From a virus: DNA of 30,448 bases. The notes under the pieces are model-generated. The model ran no database searches. It saw nothing but the letters and a program-made list of their open reading frames with translations, and was not told the DNA's origin. The stretch is taken from positions 1 to 30,448 of the IMG/VR virus record IMGVR_UViG_3300045988_004183, one strand, 5' to 3'. Each line of letters begins with the position of its first letter. The first letter of the stretch is position 1. A program made the position numbers and the translations under genes. Below, piece by piece: positions 7,069 to 15,034 of the stretch.

Positions 7069-7423
7069 TGGTAATTGGTGGACTGCCGTGCTTTCCGCTG
7101 GAATCACAGCGGGATACTCGACTGCCGTTGTGCAGCTCTCTCCCGGCCCCGGCTACGTGTTCTCAGCGCTCCGCCGCAAGCTGACCGTAAAGACCGAGAA
7201 CCTGCCAAACTCGCTCCCCACGTGGGCCAAGGATTACGTGGGGAGTCTCGGGGAGCTCGCCTACTGCGGCTGGTGTCTCAGCCCGTGGGTGTCGCTCCCG
7301 GTGTGGGCGATGGCCGCCAAGATCAACCGGGTACGTTTCGGAGTCAAGTGGGTTGCCGGGTGGATTGTGGCGGCGAGTATTGCCGCGTTCCTACGCCACT
7401 CCGCTGAAACGACGGTGGCGTAA
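7058..7423 (+). CDS. Membrane protein, DUF1360-like
   Basis: In frame with track ORF 6824..7423. ATG 7058 follows GGAAAGGAG. CGWCLSPW motif between hydrophobic segments. Confidence 0.6.
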   Translation: MKTDGNWWTAVLSAGITAGYSTAVVQLSPGPGYVFSALRRKLTVKTENLPNSLPTWAKDYVGSLGELAYCGWCLSPWVSLPVWAMAAKINRVRFGVKWVAGWIVAASIAAFLRHSAETTVA

Positions 7424-7701
7424 TGTTCGGCCTGCAACAGGTTCATGTGCTGTTGATTCTTTGGATGGCGAAACGACCGCTTACCCATGAGGAAGTCGAA
7501 CGGATGGCGGTCTTGGCGAAGTATGACGATACTCCGCAGGGATTGAGGTCGCGCATGATTGAGCTTGTGCGTTCCGGTCATGTGTGCCGTGTTGATCGGG
7601 AGGGTGTGAACAGTCGGCATCGCCATTGCTGGCGGTTCGCTCTGACCGACGACGGGCGCGAAGCCATTAGTGAACTGTTTGGCGAAACACAAACCATGTG
7701 A
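7423..7701 (+). CDS. Small winged-helix (MarR/PadR-like) DNA-binding protein
   Basis: TAATG overlap with the upstream gene. 92 aa. LLILWMAKRPLTHEEVERMA...LVRSGHVCRV pattern. Its stop codon lies inside the P4 extended -10. Confidence 0.5.
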   Translation: MFGLQQVHVLLILWMAKRPLTHEEVERMAVLAKYDDTPQGLRSRMIELVRSGHVCRVDREGVNSRHRHCWRFALTDDGREAISELFGETQTM

Positions 7702-7707
7702 TATAAT
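7679..7707 (+). promoter_or_regulatory. Promoter P4 (extended -10)
   Basis: TTGGCG-like -35 (7679-7684), 17-bp spacer, TGTGATATAAT (7697-7707). Confidence 0.6.
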
Positions 7708-7719
7708 ATATATATCACA
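7697..7719. promoter_or_regulatory. Perfect palindromic operator-like site overlapping P4
   Basis: TGTGATATA (7697-7705) / TATATCACA (7711-7719). Same arms and spacing as at 586-608. Confidence 0.6.
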
Positions 7720-7736
7720 TTGTAGGGAGGTGAAAC

Positions 7737-8066
7737 ATGCGTAAGCAAAACAAGATCAAGACAGTAATCAACGGTCAAGAAGTCACCGTGGAACAGGACA
7801 GTCAGACCGGCCAGTTCTTCACACGGCAAACCGTTGGCAACATCCCCGTTGACTACGCGAGCGTCAGCGACCGCGTGACCATCGGCCAGTGCATCAAATA
7901 CTGGAGGATACGCCACGGGTATTCACAGGCGGAACTAGCCGAACGAATCGGCGTCGCCAGTCCGAACGTGGTCGCCATGTGGGAAAACGGACGCCGCAAA
8001 CCACAAAAGCAATACCGGTTGAGGTTGGCCGAGCAACTCGGCTATGACATTCTGACCAAAGACTAG
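7737..8066 (+). CDS. XRE-family HTH transcriptional regulator
   Basis: GGGAGG RBS. IKYWRIRHGYSQAELAERIGVASPNVVAMWENGRRKP is a classic Cro/C1-type HTH. Confidence 0.8.
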   Translation: MRKQNKIKTVINGQEVTVEQDSQTGQFFTRQTVGNIPVDYASVSDRVTIGQCIKYWRIRHGYSQAELAERIGVASPNVVAMWENGRRKPQKQYRLRLAEQLGYDILTKD

Positions 8067-8126
8067 AAGATAGTCTAAAAAAATCTGCACGATCAGTCCA
8101 ATCATCATCACACCAAAGGAGCAACA

Positions 8127-8435
8127 ATGGAAAACGACACTGTCCACTACCTGACCTCGATCATCAACCTCCTACAGAAGAAACCGGAAGTCCAAAAGAT
8201 CATCGACACTCACGGACTCGGACAGGAACTCACATTCGGGCAGATCGGCTTTAAAAACTCCGGAGCGTTCCTCCGAGTCTACGAAATCTTGAACAGTATC
8301 GATGGAGCAGAAACCACGCCCATACGCGAAGCAGAATTCGGGAAGACGAAACAATACTCGTTCCGTCTGGTCGCTCCGGTTAATCTGTCGTTCTTCCACT
8401 GCACGGGAGTGTTCGATGAGCAAGACCGATCCTGA
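8127..8435 (+). CDS. Hypothetical protein
   Basis: Track ORF. AAAGGAG RBS. Confidence 0.65.
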   Translation: MENDTVHYLTSIINLLQKKPEVQKIIDTHGLGQELTFGQIGFKNSGAFLRVYEILNSIDGAETTPIREAEFGKTKQYSFRLVAPVNLSFFHCTGVFDEQDRS

Positions 8436-8745
8436 CATCGAAACCCGTACGAAGGTGTTCAACCGAGACCACGGGAGGTGCTTCATCTGCGGGAGAACGT
8501 TAAGCGCCTCCGCGTTCAACCTGCACCACCGACGTATGCGCTCCCACGCTTGGGAAAGACTGAACCTACCCAGCAACCTGATTACCGTGTGCGGTTCGGG
8601 AACAATGGGATGCCACGGGCGTATCCACCAGCACCCTAAAGAATCGTATGAGAACGGTTGGCTGGTCAGCGCATACAATGACCACCCCGAAGAAATACCA
8701 GTGTTCAGCGAATACCGAAATAAAAAAATACTCTTAAGCAACTAA
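8416..8745 (+). CDS. HNH endonuclease
   Basis: In frame with track ORF 8302..8745. ATG 8416 overlaps the end of the upstream gene. CFICG...NLHHR...CGSGTMGCHGRIH is an HNH/zinc pattern. Confidence 0.8.
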   Translation: MSKTDPDIETRTKVFNRDHGRCFICGRTLSASAFNLHHRRMRSHAWERLNLPSNLITVCGSGTMGCHGRIHQHPKESYENGWLVSAYNDHPEEIPVFSEYRNKKILLSN

Positions 8746-8756
8746 AAAAAAGAATT

Positions 8757-8791
8757 AGCCCGGCACCAGTCATCAAGACCAGTGCCGGGCT
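8757..8791. terminator. Convergence-point hairpin terminator
   Basis: AGCCCGGCAC...GTGCCGGGCT is a 10-bp stem. An A-run on its + strand 5' side reads as a T-run after the stem on the - strand. It sits between the last + gene (8745) and the last - gene (8841). Confidence 0.75.
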
Positions 8792-8840
8792 GATTCACTT
8801 GGTCATCACACCATCGCTCGAAAGGAGCAACCCCAGTGTA

Positions 8841-9116
8841 TCACTTGGAGATGCCTGCGTAGTGGACGCCGAACATTCCAGCCACGCCGGAGCCGACCAG
8901 AGCGCAAGCGCCACCCATCACGGCAATCCATGACGGAACGTCCGGCACGGCGCTCACGAAACTCAGCACCGCGCCAGCGATACCGACCAGACCGGAAACC
9001 AGATACGCCCACTTGCGAGTCGCCGCGTCGAACGTCGGCACGTAATCATCATTACCGTCCGCCACCTCATTTGCAATGGCAGTGTCATTGGTCTGCTCAC
9101 CAGTATTCGTGTTCAT
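8841..9116 (-). CDS. Holin-like membrane protein (two TM segments)
   Basis: In frame with track ORF 8841..9176. ATG 9116 follows GGGAGG. Immediately downstream of the endolysin. Confidence 0.6.
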   Translation of the reverse strand: MNTNTGEQTNDTAIANEVADGNDDYVPTFDAATRKWAYLVSGLVGIAGAVLSFVSAVPDVPSWIAVMGGACALVGSGVAGMFGVHYAGISK

Positions 9117-9138
9117 AACAAAACCTCCCATGAATAGT

Positions 9139-10278
9139 CTACTTGATACGGATCGTCTGGCCCGCGTAGATAACATTAGGATTGGCGATGCCGTTGATCT
9201 GCGCGAGATGCTGGTAGGTGGTCCCGTACTTTGCGGCGATACCGCTCAACGTGTCACCAGACTGGATAGTGTACGTCGTAACGGACGGTGACGGTGCGCC
9301 ACCCGGCAGCTTCAACACCTGACCCGGATAAATCAGATTCGGGTTGGCAATACCGTTAAGCTGCTGGAGAGTCTGCCACGAAGTCCCATACTTGGCAGCG
9401 ATACCACTCAACGTGTCACCGGAACGCACCGTATACGAGCCACTACCGGACTGAACCTTAGTGACAGTACCATTGATCTTCAACACCTGACCCGGATAAA
9501 TCAGATTCGGGTCAGACAGATTATTAATCTGCGCCAACACCTGCCAGCTAGTCCCATACATCGACGCGATACCACTCAACGTGTCACCGGAACGCACGGT
9601 ATACGTGCCAGACGCAGGAGTAGACGGAGCAGGAGCGGAAGGCGTCGGCACGTTGGTCACACTCGAATGACCCGCCTTATACGAGTTCCAAGCATTCACA
9701 TCACCATAGAACTTGTCAAGGTCAAGACCGCCTGAATATCCGGGAAGACGACCATTGGAAGAATACTGTCGGATCGCGCACCCATATGCGCCCTCGTTCC
9801 ACGGCGTATCCTGATATCCGGTAGCGTTCATGTTCGCGTACTGCGCTACCCACAATCCACGATCGCCAATGTTCTGCACGTCGTTAAGCATGGACGCTTG
9901 CACGTAGACGATAGGCTGGGAACCTGTACGCTCGTACACACGGTCACAGAACGCCCTGATCCACTGTTGAGCAGACGCGCCAGACCCAAACAGTCCGTTA
10001 CCCTGTGCCTCCCAGTCCAAGCACCATACGACCTTGCCGACCCAATTCGCGCAATTGTTCACGAAGTAGTCAGCTTCGGAAACAGCGTCACCGCCGTTGG
10101 CGTAATGGTATACGCCCACGCACTTTCCCAGACTCAACGCCTGCTCCACTTGCCGGGCGCAATCCGCTGACACGTACCAGCATCCCTCAGTAGCCTTGCT
10201 GATAACGAAATCACACGGCACGGCAGACAGGTCGATACCAGCCTGCCAATTACTGATGTCGATACCGTTCAGAGCCAT
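9139..10278 (-). CDS. Endolysin: GH25 muramidase plus three LysM repeats
   Basis: ATG 10278 follows GGAGGAG. N-terminus is [12 protein letters not shown]...ISKATEG (GH25). Three C-terminal copies of Y(T/I)[16 protein letters not shown]...NPN(L/V)IY(P/A)GQ, also visible as DNA repeats at about 9140-9640. Confidence 0.9.
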   Translation of the reverse strand: MALNGIDISNWQAGIDLSAVPCDFVISKATEGCWYVSADCARQVEQALSLGKCVGVYHYANGGDAVSEADYFVNNCANWVGKVVWCLDWEAQGNGLFGSGASAQQWIRAFCDRVYERTGSQPIVYVQASMLNDVQNIGDRGLWVAQYANMNATGYQDTPWNEGAYGCAIRQYSSNGRLPGYSGGLDLDKFYGDVNAWNSYKAGHSSVTNVPTPSAPAPSTPASGTYTVRSGDTLSGIASMYGTSWQVLAQINNLSDPNLIYPGQVLKINGTVTKVQSGSGSYTVRSGDTLSGIAAKYGTSWQTLQQLNGIANPNLIYPGQVLKLPGGAPSPSVTTYTIQSGDTLSGIAAKYGTTYQHLAQINGIANPNVIYAGQTIRIK

Positions 10279-10289
10279 CGAAACTCCTC

Positions 10290-10421
10290 CTATAGGCTGA
10301 TTATGTATAAGAACAGCCACGCCATGTATAAAACGGCGTAGACCGTCATCAAGACGTGGACTATCAACGAGACGACGGCGAGCAACACTACAAGGATCAC
10401 GCACCGTTTGAAACGTCTCAT
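10290..10421 (-). CDS. Small hydrophobic protein (43 aa), possible holin
   Basis: Hand-translated: [43 protein letters not shown]. Below the ORF-track size cutoff. It ends inside the endolysin RBS. No clear SD of its own. Confidence 0.45.
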   Translation of the reverse strand: MRRFKRCVILVVLLAVVSLIVHVLMTVYAVLYMAWLFLYIISL

Positions 10422-10492
10422 AGTGTCATCTTATCATCGAAAACGAATCGATATTATTATCACCAATAATGCCCATAAGGAGTCATGTTAGG

Positions 10493-10861
10493 CTAGTCAT
10501 TATCTCCGGCCAGTTCCTCAAGGGACGCGATACGGTCGCGTAGATCATCGGGCAACGACGGTTTAGGATGATTCGCCAAGAATTCAGGTTCGATGATATC
10601 GCAAAACTGGGACAGCCAGTGCCCTAACGCGCGAATATACCCCGTCTCCAAGTCGATGGTGTATTGCAACTCATCACGGGTTTTGATTAGCGCGTCTATC
10701 TTCTGGTCTTGCGTGTCAATCTGCCGTTTCATATCCCCTTGGGCTGAGACTAGTGCCTGATATGCGCTGGTCAGGTCTGACCGTCGGTTAGCTACCCATG
10801 TTATGAATCCTCCGAGGGCTACGCCGCCTACGCCGATGATTGCCGTGAGAATTTCCATCAT
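10493..10861 (-). CDS. Membrane-anchored coiled-coil protein (possible lysis accessory)
   Basis: Track ORF. N-terminal TM (ILTAIIGVGGVALGGFITWV) followed by heptad-like charged sequence. Confidence 0.6.
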   Translation of the reverse strand: MMEILTAIIGVGGVALGGFITWVANRRSDLTSAYQALVSAQGDMKRQIDTQDQKIDALIKTRDELQYTIDLETGYIRALGHWLSQFCDIIEPEFLANHPKPSLPDDLRDRIASLEELAGDND

Positions 10862-10881
10862 GGTTCCATCTTAGACCGAGA

Positions 10882-10907
10882 CGATAATGCCCATTATGTC
10901 AGAAAAG
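10882..10907 (+). repeat. Inverted repeat, left copy (IR-L)
   Basis: CGATAATGCCCATTATGTCAGAAAAG. Its exact reverse complement is at 11682-11707. Contains the dyad ATAATG-CC-CATTAT. Confidence 0.95.
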
Positions 10908-11330
10908 GCAATGGTATGGGAGGCTGAGCCGGAAGACCGTTGGTACAGGTTCGATTTGAAGATGCAAAACGAATCGTCGTTCACTCCGATTCCATACGGC
11001 GGGGGAAGCAGTATTTTCTGGCACCCGAAACTGCGGTTAATCAGCGTAAAGTTGGCTTCGTTTATCTCCCATGTCGGCGTGAAAACGTACAGCGTATATT
11101 TGCCAAAAACTGGGACTTTCGGCGTATCAGAGTCCGTTGAACTTGGTCAGGCTGAGTTCGAGAATTTCACCGGACGAGGCGTTGAGTTGACTTTGAACGG
11201 CAACTACGCTGGCTCAATCTTGGTAGGCCCACAAATGGCGGCCAACGACGTAATCCGTCCGTTGGGAAGCTTCGTCGTTCCGATTCCGAAGAACGTCGAG
11301 GTGCGAGCCACGGGCGGCACGCCACTGTGA
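10887..11330 (+). CDS. Opposite-strand ORF inside the late operon (possible alternative receptor-binding module or moron)
   Basis: This is the only long ORF on either strand across 10862-11346. Start is uncertain (ATG 10887, 10896 or 10911). ATG 10911 is preceded by AGAAAAGG, which lies in IR-L. Confidence 0.55.
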   Translation: MPIMSEKAMVWEAEPEDRWYRFDLKMQNESSFTPIPYGGGSSIFWHPKLRLISVKLASFISHVGVKTYSVYLPKTGTFGVSESVELGQAEFENFTGRGVELTLNGNYAGSILVGPQMAANDVIRPLGSFVVPIPKNVEVRATGGTPL

Positions 11331-11346
11331 TTCAAATCGAGTAATA

Positions 11347-12243
11347 TTACTGCCTCTGCACCGGCCAGCACACGCTGCCACTACGGGCATCGCTAGAACC
11401 GCTCGAACCCATATTCTTCACACTGATAGTCCCGTCAGGTGATACCACGAGAAAGCCAGTATGGCTTGTGCCGTTAAGCACCAACATCGGGTTTGACATC
11501 TCGATTTTCGGACGGTACTCCTGCTTAATCTTCTCACCCCAGTTTACCAAATCCCATGACCCCGAGCCGATTTTTACGGCAGTCACCTGAACTGCGCACG
11601 AGGACTCTCCGTAAATGATGGCTATCGAGCCGTGTTGCCATGCCTTATGCACGGTTTCAAAAACCGGCTTCCACGCGCCTTCTTTTCTGACATAATGGGC
11701 ATTATCGGCCATAGTCACAGCCTCCTGCCCGTCCACCGCGGCAATAGTGTTAAGCTGTTCAAGATCACGCGCCATCAGGATAGCGCTGTTACGAATCATC
11801 GGGGCCGCGTCCGTCGCGACACCGGCGTTAACCGTGGCGATAACAAGACCGTTGATATTCGAGTCAAGCGTACCAGCCGGGAACACATTGAGCTGGCCGC
11901 GCGGAGTCGTACCATGAGACTGTGACGGGTCTTCAACAGTAACCGCAACCTTGTAACTATTGGTGGAGTCTGCGAGTTGCACGGTCGTATTGGTGGTGAT
12001 GGCGTAAGTGTACGCGCCCAAACCGTCCCACGGGCTGATGGTACCGCAATGAGGTTTGACCGTAACAGTCAGACCGCTCACCGTGACCAGAGGACTCGGG
12101 GAACCGTAACGGATTCCAGACAACCCGTTGAACGCGGTACCATCGGACGGCAGAATCAGAGGATTAATGGCGTGCCTGTAATCGTCCGCCGTATACTCCG
12201 GGGAACCGTTCAACGCGGTAAGCGGGTGCATGATAATAGCCAT
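11347..12243 (-). CDS. Tail fibre / receptor-binding (minor tail) protein; codons 179-187 lie in IR-R
   Basis: In frame with track ORF 11347..12249. ATG 12243 follows GGAGGA. Last structural gene before the lysis region. Function is inferred from position. Confidence 0.65.
   Translation of the reverse strand: MAIIMHPLTALNGSPEYTADDYRHAINPLILPSDGTAFNGLSGIRYGSPSPLVTVSGLTVTVKPHCGTISPWDGLGAYTYAITTNTTVQLADSTNSYKVAVTVEDPSQSHGTTPRGQLNVFPAGTLDSNINGLVIATVNAGVATDAAPMIRNSAILMARDLEQLNTIAAVDGQEAVTMADNAHYVRKEGAWKPVFETVHKAWQHGSIAIIYGESSCAVQVTAVKIGSGSWDLVNWGEKIKQEYRPKIEMSNPMLVLNGTSHTGFLVVSPDGTISVKNMGSSGSSDARSGSVCWPVQRQ
11682..11707 (-). repeat. Inverted repeat, right copy (IR-R)
   Basis: CTTTTCTGACATAATGGGCATTATCG on the + strand, the exact reverse complement of IR-L. 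In the fibre frame it encodes ADNAHYVRK. Confidence 0.95.
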
Positions 12244-12245
12244 AA

Positions 12246-12974
12246 TCAATCCTCCGAATCGTCTACACCTATTTTATCTTCGTTGGTGGATAGCGCTTCC
12301 ACCTTAGCTTTGAGCGCGTCCAAATCATCCGCCACCTGCTGAGCGAGGCGAAGCGCCGCCACACCAAGCATGGGATAGTTGATGCCTACCAGCGTGCCGT
12401 CTTCATCGTATTCGCAGAAGAAACCTAAACCGTTTTCATCCAAATTGTCGGCAATCATACCGACCAACGGCTGAGCGTCATCAAGATGCTGGTTCTTGTC
12501 ATCCTTCATCCGATAGACGCACCATTTCACCTTGCGGAGCGCGTCAACAGGAATGTAGTCGTCCGCGTCCACGATATCGGTTTTCACCGCACGAATCGAC
12601 TGAGCCGTTCCCATAGTGCCGTTGGACAATACCCATACGGCGCGCCATTGGCCGGACGTAAACAAGTTATTGTAGGCGTTGACGGTACCAGTACCACCAC
12701 GGTTCGGAGTCAATACCCCCCAGTTCCATTCCTGCGTTTTAGCGTCAATCTCGGAACGGGTGTAACTGTTGCGGGTGATGCTTTCCTGCACACGCTGGTC
12801 AAGATTGTTCGTCAACGTCTGCACTTCCTCATACATTTTCGTGATCTGATCGACCATAGGTTTAACGCTGTTGACGATGCTCGGCGGAAGCTCCTGCAAC
12901 TGGCGTTTGATGTCCGCGAACTGGCGGGCGGTCGCGTCCGCGCTATCGAGACTGAACTTGAATTTGCTCGGCAT
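12246..12974 (-). CDS. Tail fibre protein with C-terminal intramolecular chaperone (peptidase S74-like) domain
   Basis: ATG 12974 follows AGGAGGA. SIRAVK...VKWCVYRMKDD...PLVGMIADNL...GINYPMLGVAALRLAQQV...LKAKVEAL resembles the S74 autoproteolytic chaperone. Confidence 0.65.
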   Translation of the reverse strand: MPSKFKFSLDSADATARQFADIKRQLQELPPSIVNSVKPMVDQITKMYEEVQTLTNNLDQRVQESITRNSYTRSEIDAKTQEWNWGVLTPNRGGTGTVNAYNNLFTSGQWRAVWVLSNGTMGTAQSIRAVKTDIVDADDYIPVDALRKVKWCVYRMKDDKNQHLDDAQPLVGMIADNLDENGLGFFCEYDEDGTLVGINYPMLGVAALRLAQQVADDLDALKAKVEALSTNEDKIGVDDSED

Positions 12975-14103
12975 TATCATCCTCCTGTTGCAATGCAGGT
13001 GTGATAGTCCACACCTGACTGAAATCAATCTCGTAGCCGATGATACGGGCGGAACCGTGATTATAGTCGGGGAAATGCTCGGCGTCTTCCTCCACAGTCC
13101 ATGCGATAAGGTCGCCCGGCTTCCACTCCTCATACACCATTGGAGCGAATAGCAGACTCAAGCCCATAGTGATGGTCTGGGTACCGTTCTGCATCTGCAA
13201 CAACGAGGACTTGGCATGTTCGTTCAACGTACTCTTGTTCTTGATGCTTGTAGACGGTTGGAACACATATTCGAGCCGAGGCCGGTGGGGCTGATCTGCG
13301 ATCATCCAATCGGACTGGGGACGGTCACCCGCGTCAGCCGTACTCACCGCCATGACCGCGTTAGCACCATACCCGTTCGTATAATCCTCCAACAAGGTGA
13401 AAGTGGTCATAACGCTTTCATCGAACGTTGTGCTTGGCGTGGTGGAACCGATACGGTCGGCTACCGTCATGACCGGCTCATAATGACCGTCATTGATGGC
13501 CCGCCAAGAGGTACACCATTCAGGACCGTTCAACACGTTGGCAAGCTCCTGCAATACGCTTAGCAGGGTCTTGTCGCTTTCGGCCTCATACGTGCGGTCA
13601 CGTTTGATGCTGCTCGGTGACGCTTCGACAACGAGGTTGAACCGGTGGTTTTTAAGCGTGGTGGTCACGAGGTCTTCCACTATCTCGCACTGGTCACGAT
13701 TAGTGTACGTGTGATCCTGCACATACACATTATCGAGATAGTGTTCGACGGTTGCCAGTGTCAACGTCAAACCGTCGCCGCGCATTGCACGCTCGCGTTT
13801 GACCACGATACCGCCCCACAACACGGTAGATTCACGCACCAGTAGTATGGCGGCCTGATACGGTGTGGTGGCTTCATCCCAATTGCGGGGAGCGTTGCGC
13901 CACGGGAGAGTGGCCGTTTCGCTGGTCGTTTCCTCGAAACGATACGTCACATGGGTTAGTTGGAGGTCTGGGAGTTCCGCTATCACAGTACCGTCATCCA
14001 ACGTGACGGCCAAGAACTGCAAACCGGAACGCTGCCACAATACACGCTCCGTGCCCGAGGATAATCCGTTCGCCTGCGGCAACCGGTTAGAGATAAAAGA
14101 CAT
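12943..14103 (-). CDS. Tail-associated (Tal-like / prophage-tail family) baseplate protein
   Basis: Track ORF, 386 aa, directly after the Dit-like gene. Call is by position and size. Confidence 0.6.
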   Translation of the reverse strand: MSFISNRLPQANGLSSGTERVLWQRSGLQFLAVTLDDGTVIAELPDLQLTHVTYRFEETTSETATLPWRNAPRNWDEATTPYQAAILLVRESTVLWGGIVVKRERAMRGDGLTLTLATVEHYLDNVYVQDHTYTNRDQCEIVEDLVTTTLKNHRFNLVVEASPSSIKRDRTYEAESDKTLLSVLQELANVLNGPEWCTSWRAINDGHYEPVMTVADRIGSTTPSTTFDESVMTTFTLLEDYTNGYGANAVMAVSTADAGDRPQSDWMIADQPHRPRLEYVFQPSTSIKNKSTLNEHAKSSLLQMQNGTQTITMGLSLLFAPMVYEEWKPGDLIAWTVEEDAEHFPDYNHGSARIIGYEIDFSQVWTITPALQQEDDNAEQIQVQSR

Positions 14104-14114
14104 TCGCCGCCTCC

Positions 14115-15008
14115 TTAGATGTAAGCCGGGTTGAACGTGACCGTCATACGAGCGTTATCAGATGGTTCCTCGGCGCTGAACATCCAGATATTCTCCCCGA
14201 TTTCCGCGTAGCTCCATTCGCGGCGAATCACACTGCCACGTGCCGGATCGGTGCCATCGATAAGAATCTCATGAGTGGCACCGTTGATTAGAATGTAATG
14301 GCCCTCGCCCAAACTGAGGTCGAACGCCATGATATGCCCGCTTGGACTATGCTCAATCTGCGGATTGACCACAGGCCCGTCGACACGAATAGTCACCGGA
14401 CTCGGAGCACTACCCGTGTTAGTCAGACGCACGCTACCCGACACGGTTGTTTCAGACCACACCCACATTGAACCATTGCCCGTGTCTATATCCTCGAAAT
14501 GGTAGGGGAACGTCATACCGCCCTGAGTGTGCGGCAACCCGGTTTTTCCGCTCACTGACTGAGTATCGTAAAGATACGAGTCCAAAGCGGTCAGACCGAT
14601 ACTAAATTTAAGAATGTTCACACCAGCCCACTCCACCAGCGGAGCGGAAGACGACTGCATGACCTGCACTTGACGGCTGATATTCCCCAACTCCACGACA
14701 AGCGACTGTTCAGTGATGTTGAACGAACGTTTGAACGCATCCCAAGAGTTGATACAGTTTTCCGTGCATTTGCCGATGATATGGCCTTCAATGGAGATAG
14801 ACCGGCCTTGAGCCACGGGGATATTGCTGAACCAACCGTCCGACCATGCTTTGTCCTTGGTCTGCAAGGTCGAACCTACGCCATCGAACAGTCCAGAAAC
14901 GTTTTGAAACGTTACGTGCCACTCGCACCCGTATGAGTCGGTTCCGTACAAGGGGAAACCGTTCAGGGTAAGACGAACGTCGCGCGGGTCAAGGGTAAAG
15001 ATAGCCAT
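14115..15008 (-). CDS. Distal tail protein (Dit-like)
   Basis: Track ORF, 297 aa, immediately downstream of the tape measure. Confidence 0.65.
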   Translation of the reverse strand: MAIFTLDPRDVRLTLNGFPLYGTDSYGCEWHVTFQNVSGLFDGVGSTLQTKDKAWSDGWFSNIPVAQGRSISIEGHIIGKCTENCINSWDAFKRSFNITEQSLVVELGNISRQVQVMQSSSAPLVEWAGVNILKFSIGLTALDSYLYDTQSVSGKTGLPHTQGGMTFPYHFEDIDTGNGSMWVWSETTVSGSVRLTNTGSAPSPVTIRVDGPVVNPQIEHSPSGHIMAFDLSLGEGHYILINGATHEILIDGTDPARGSVIRREWSYAEIGENIWMFSAEEPSDNARMTVTFNPAYI

Positions 15009-15034
15009 ACCCCTCAGTCTACCCGCGCGTCATG

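Larger units (their letters stand above)
10882..11707. mobile_element. Candidate invertible DNA segment (IR-bounded, G/C-segment-like)
   Basis: 26-bp perfect IRs enclose two ORF parts that converge 16 bp apart (11330 and 11347). One is the 3' third of the fibre gene, the other an opposite-strand ORF. No recombinase gene was found in the genome. Confidence 0.5.

Noticed and set aside
8416-8745. HNH endonuclease as a marker of an adjacent cos site and terminase (the HNH-TerS-TerL packaging module).
   Set aside because: In the circular map the HNH gene is about 18 kb from TerS (26883), on the opposite arm. The adjacency that defines those modules is absent, so no cos call can be made from sequence alone.
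10882-11707. Simple in-frame swap of fibre C-termini on inversion, as in Mu S/S'.
   Set aside because: Hand translation shows ORF 10887..11330 is offset by one nucleotide from the fibre frame through the repeat. The flipped fibre frame stops at the TGA equivalent to 10925-10927. I kept the inversion hypothesis but dropped the in-frame fusion version.
12231-12246. Fourth, weaker match to the inverted-repeat core (GATAATAGCCATAATC, 12/16 identities) at the fibre gene start.
   Set aside because: By a rough binomial estimate, a 12/16 match is expected about once or twice by chance in a genome this size. It also overlaps an SD/start region, which constrains the sequence.
11347-12974. Diversity-generating retroelement targeting the fibre genes.
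   Set aside because: The genome has no reverse transcriptase ORF. I found no template/variable repeat pair with adenine-specific differences near the fibre C-termini.
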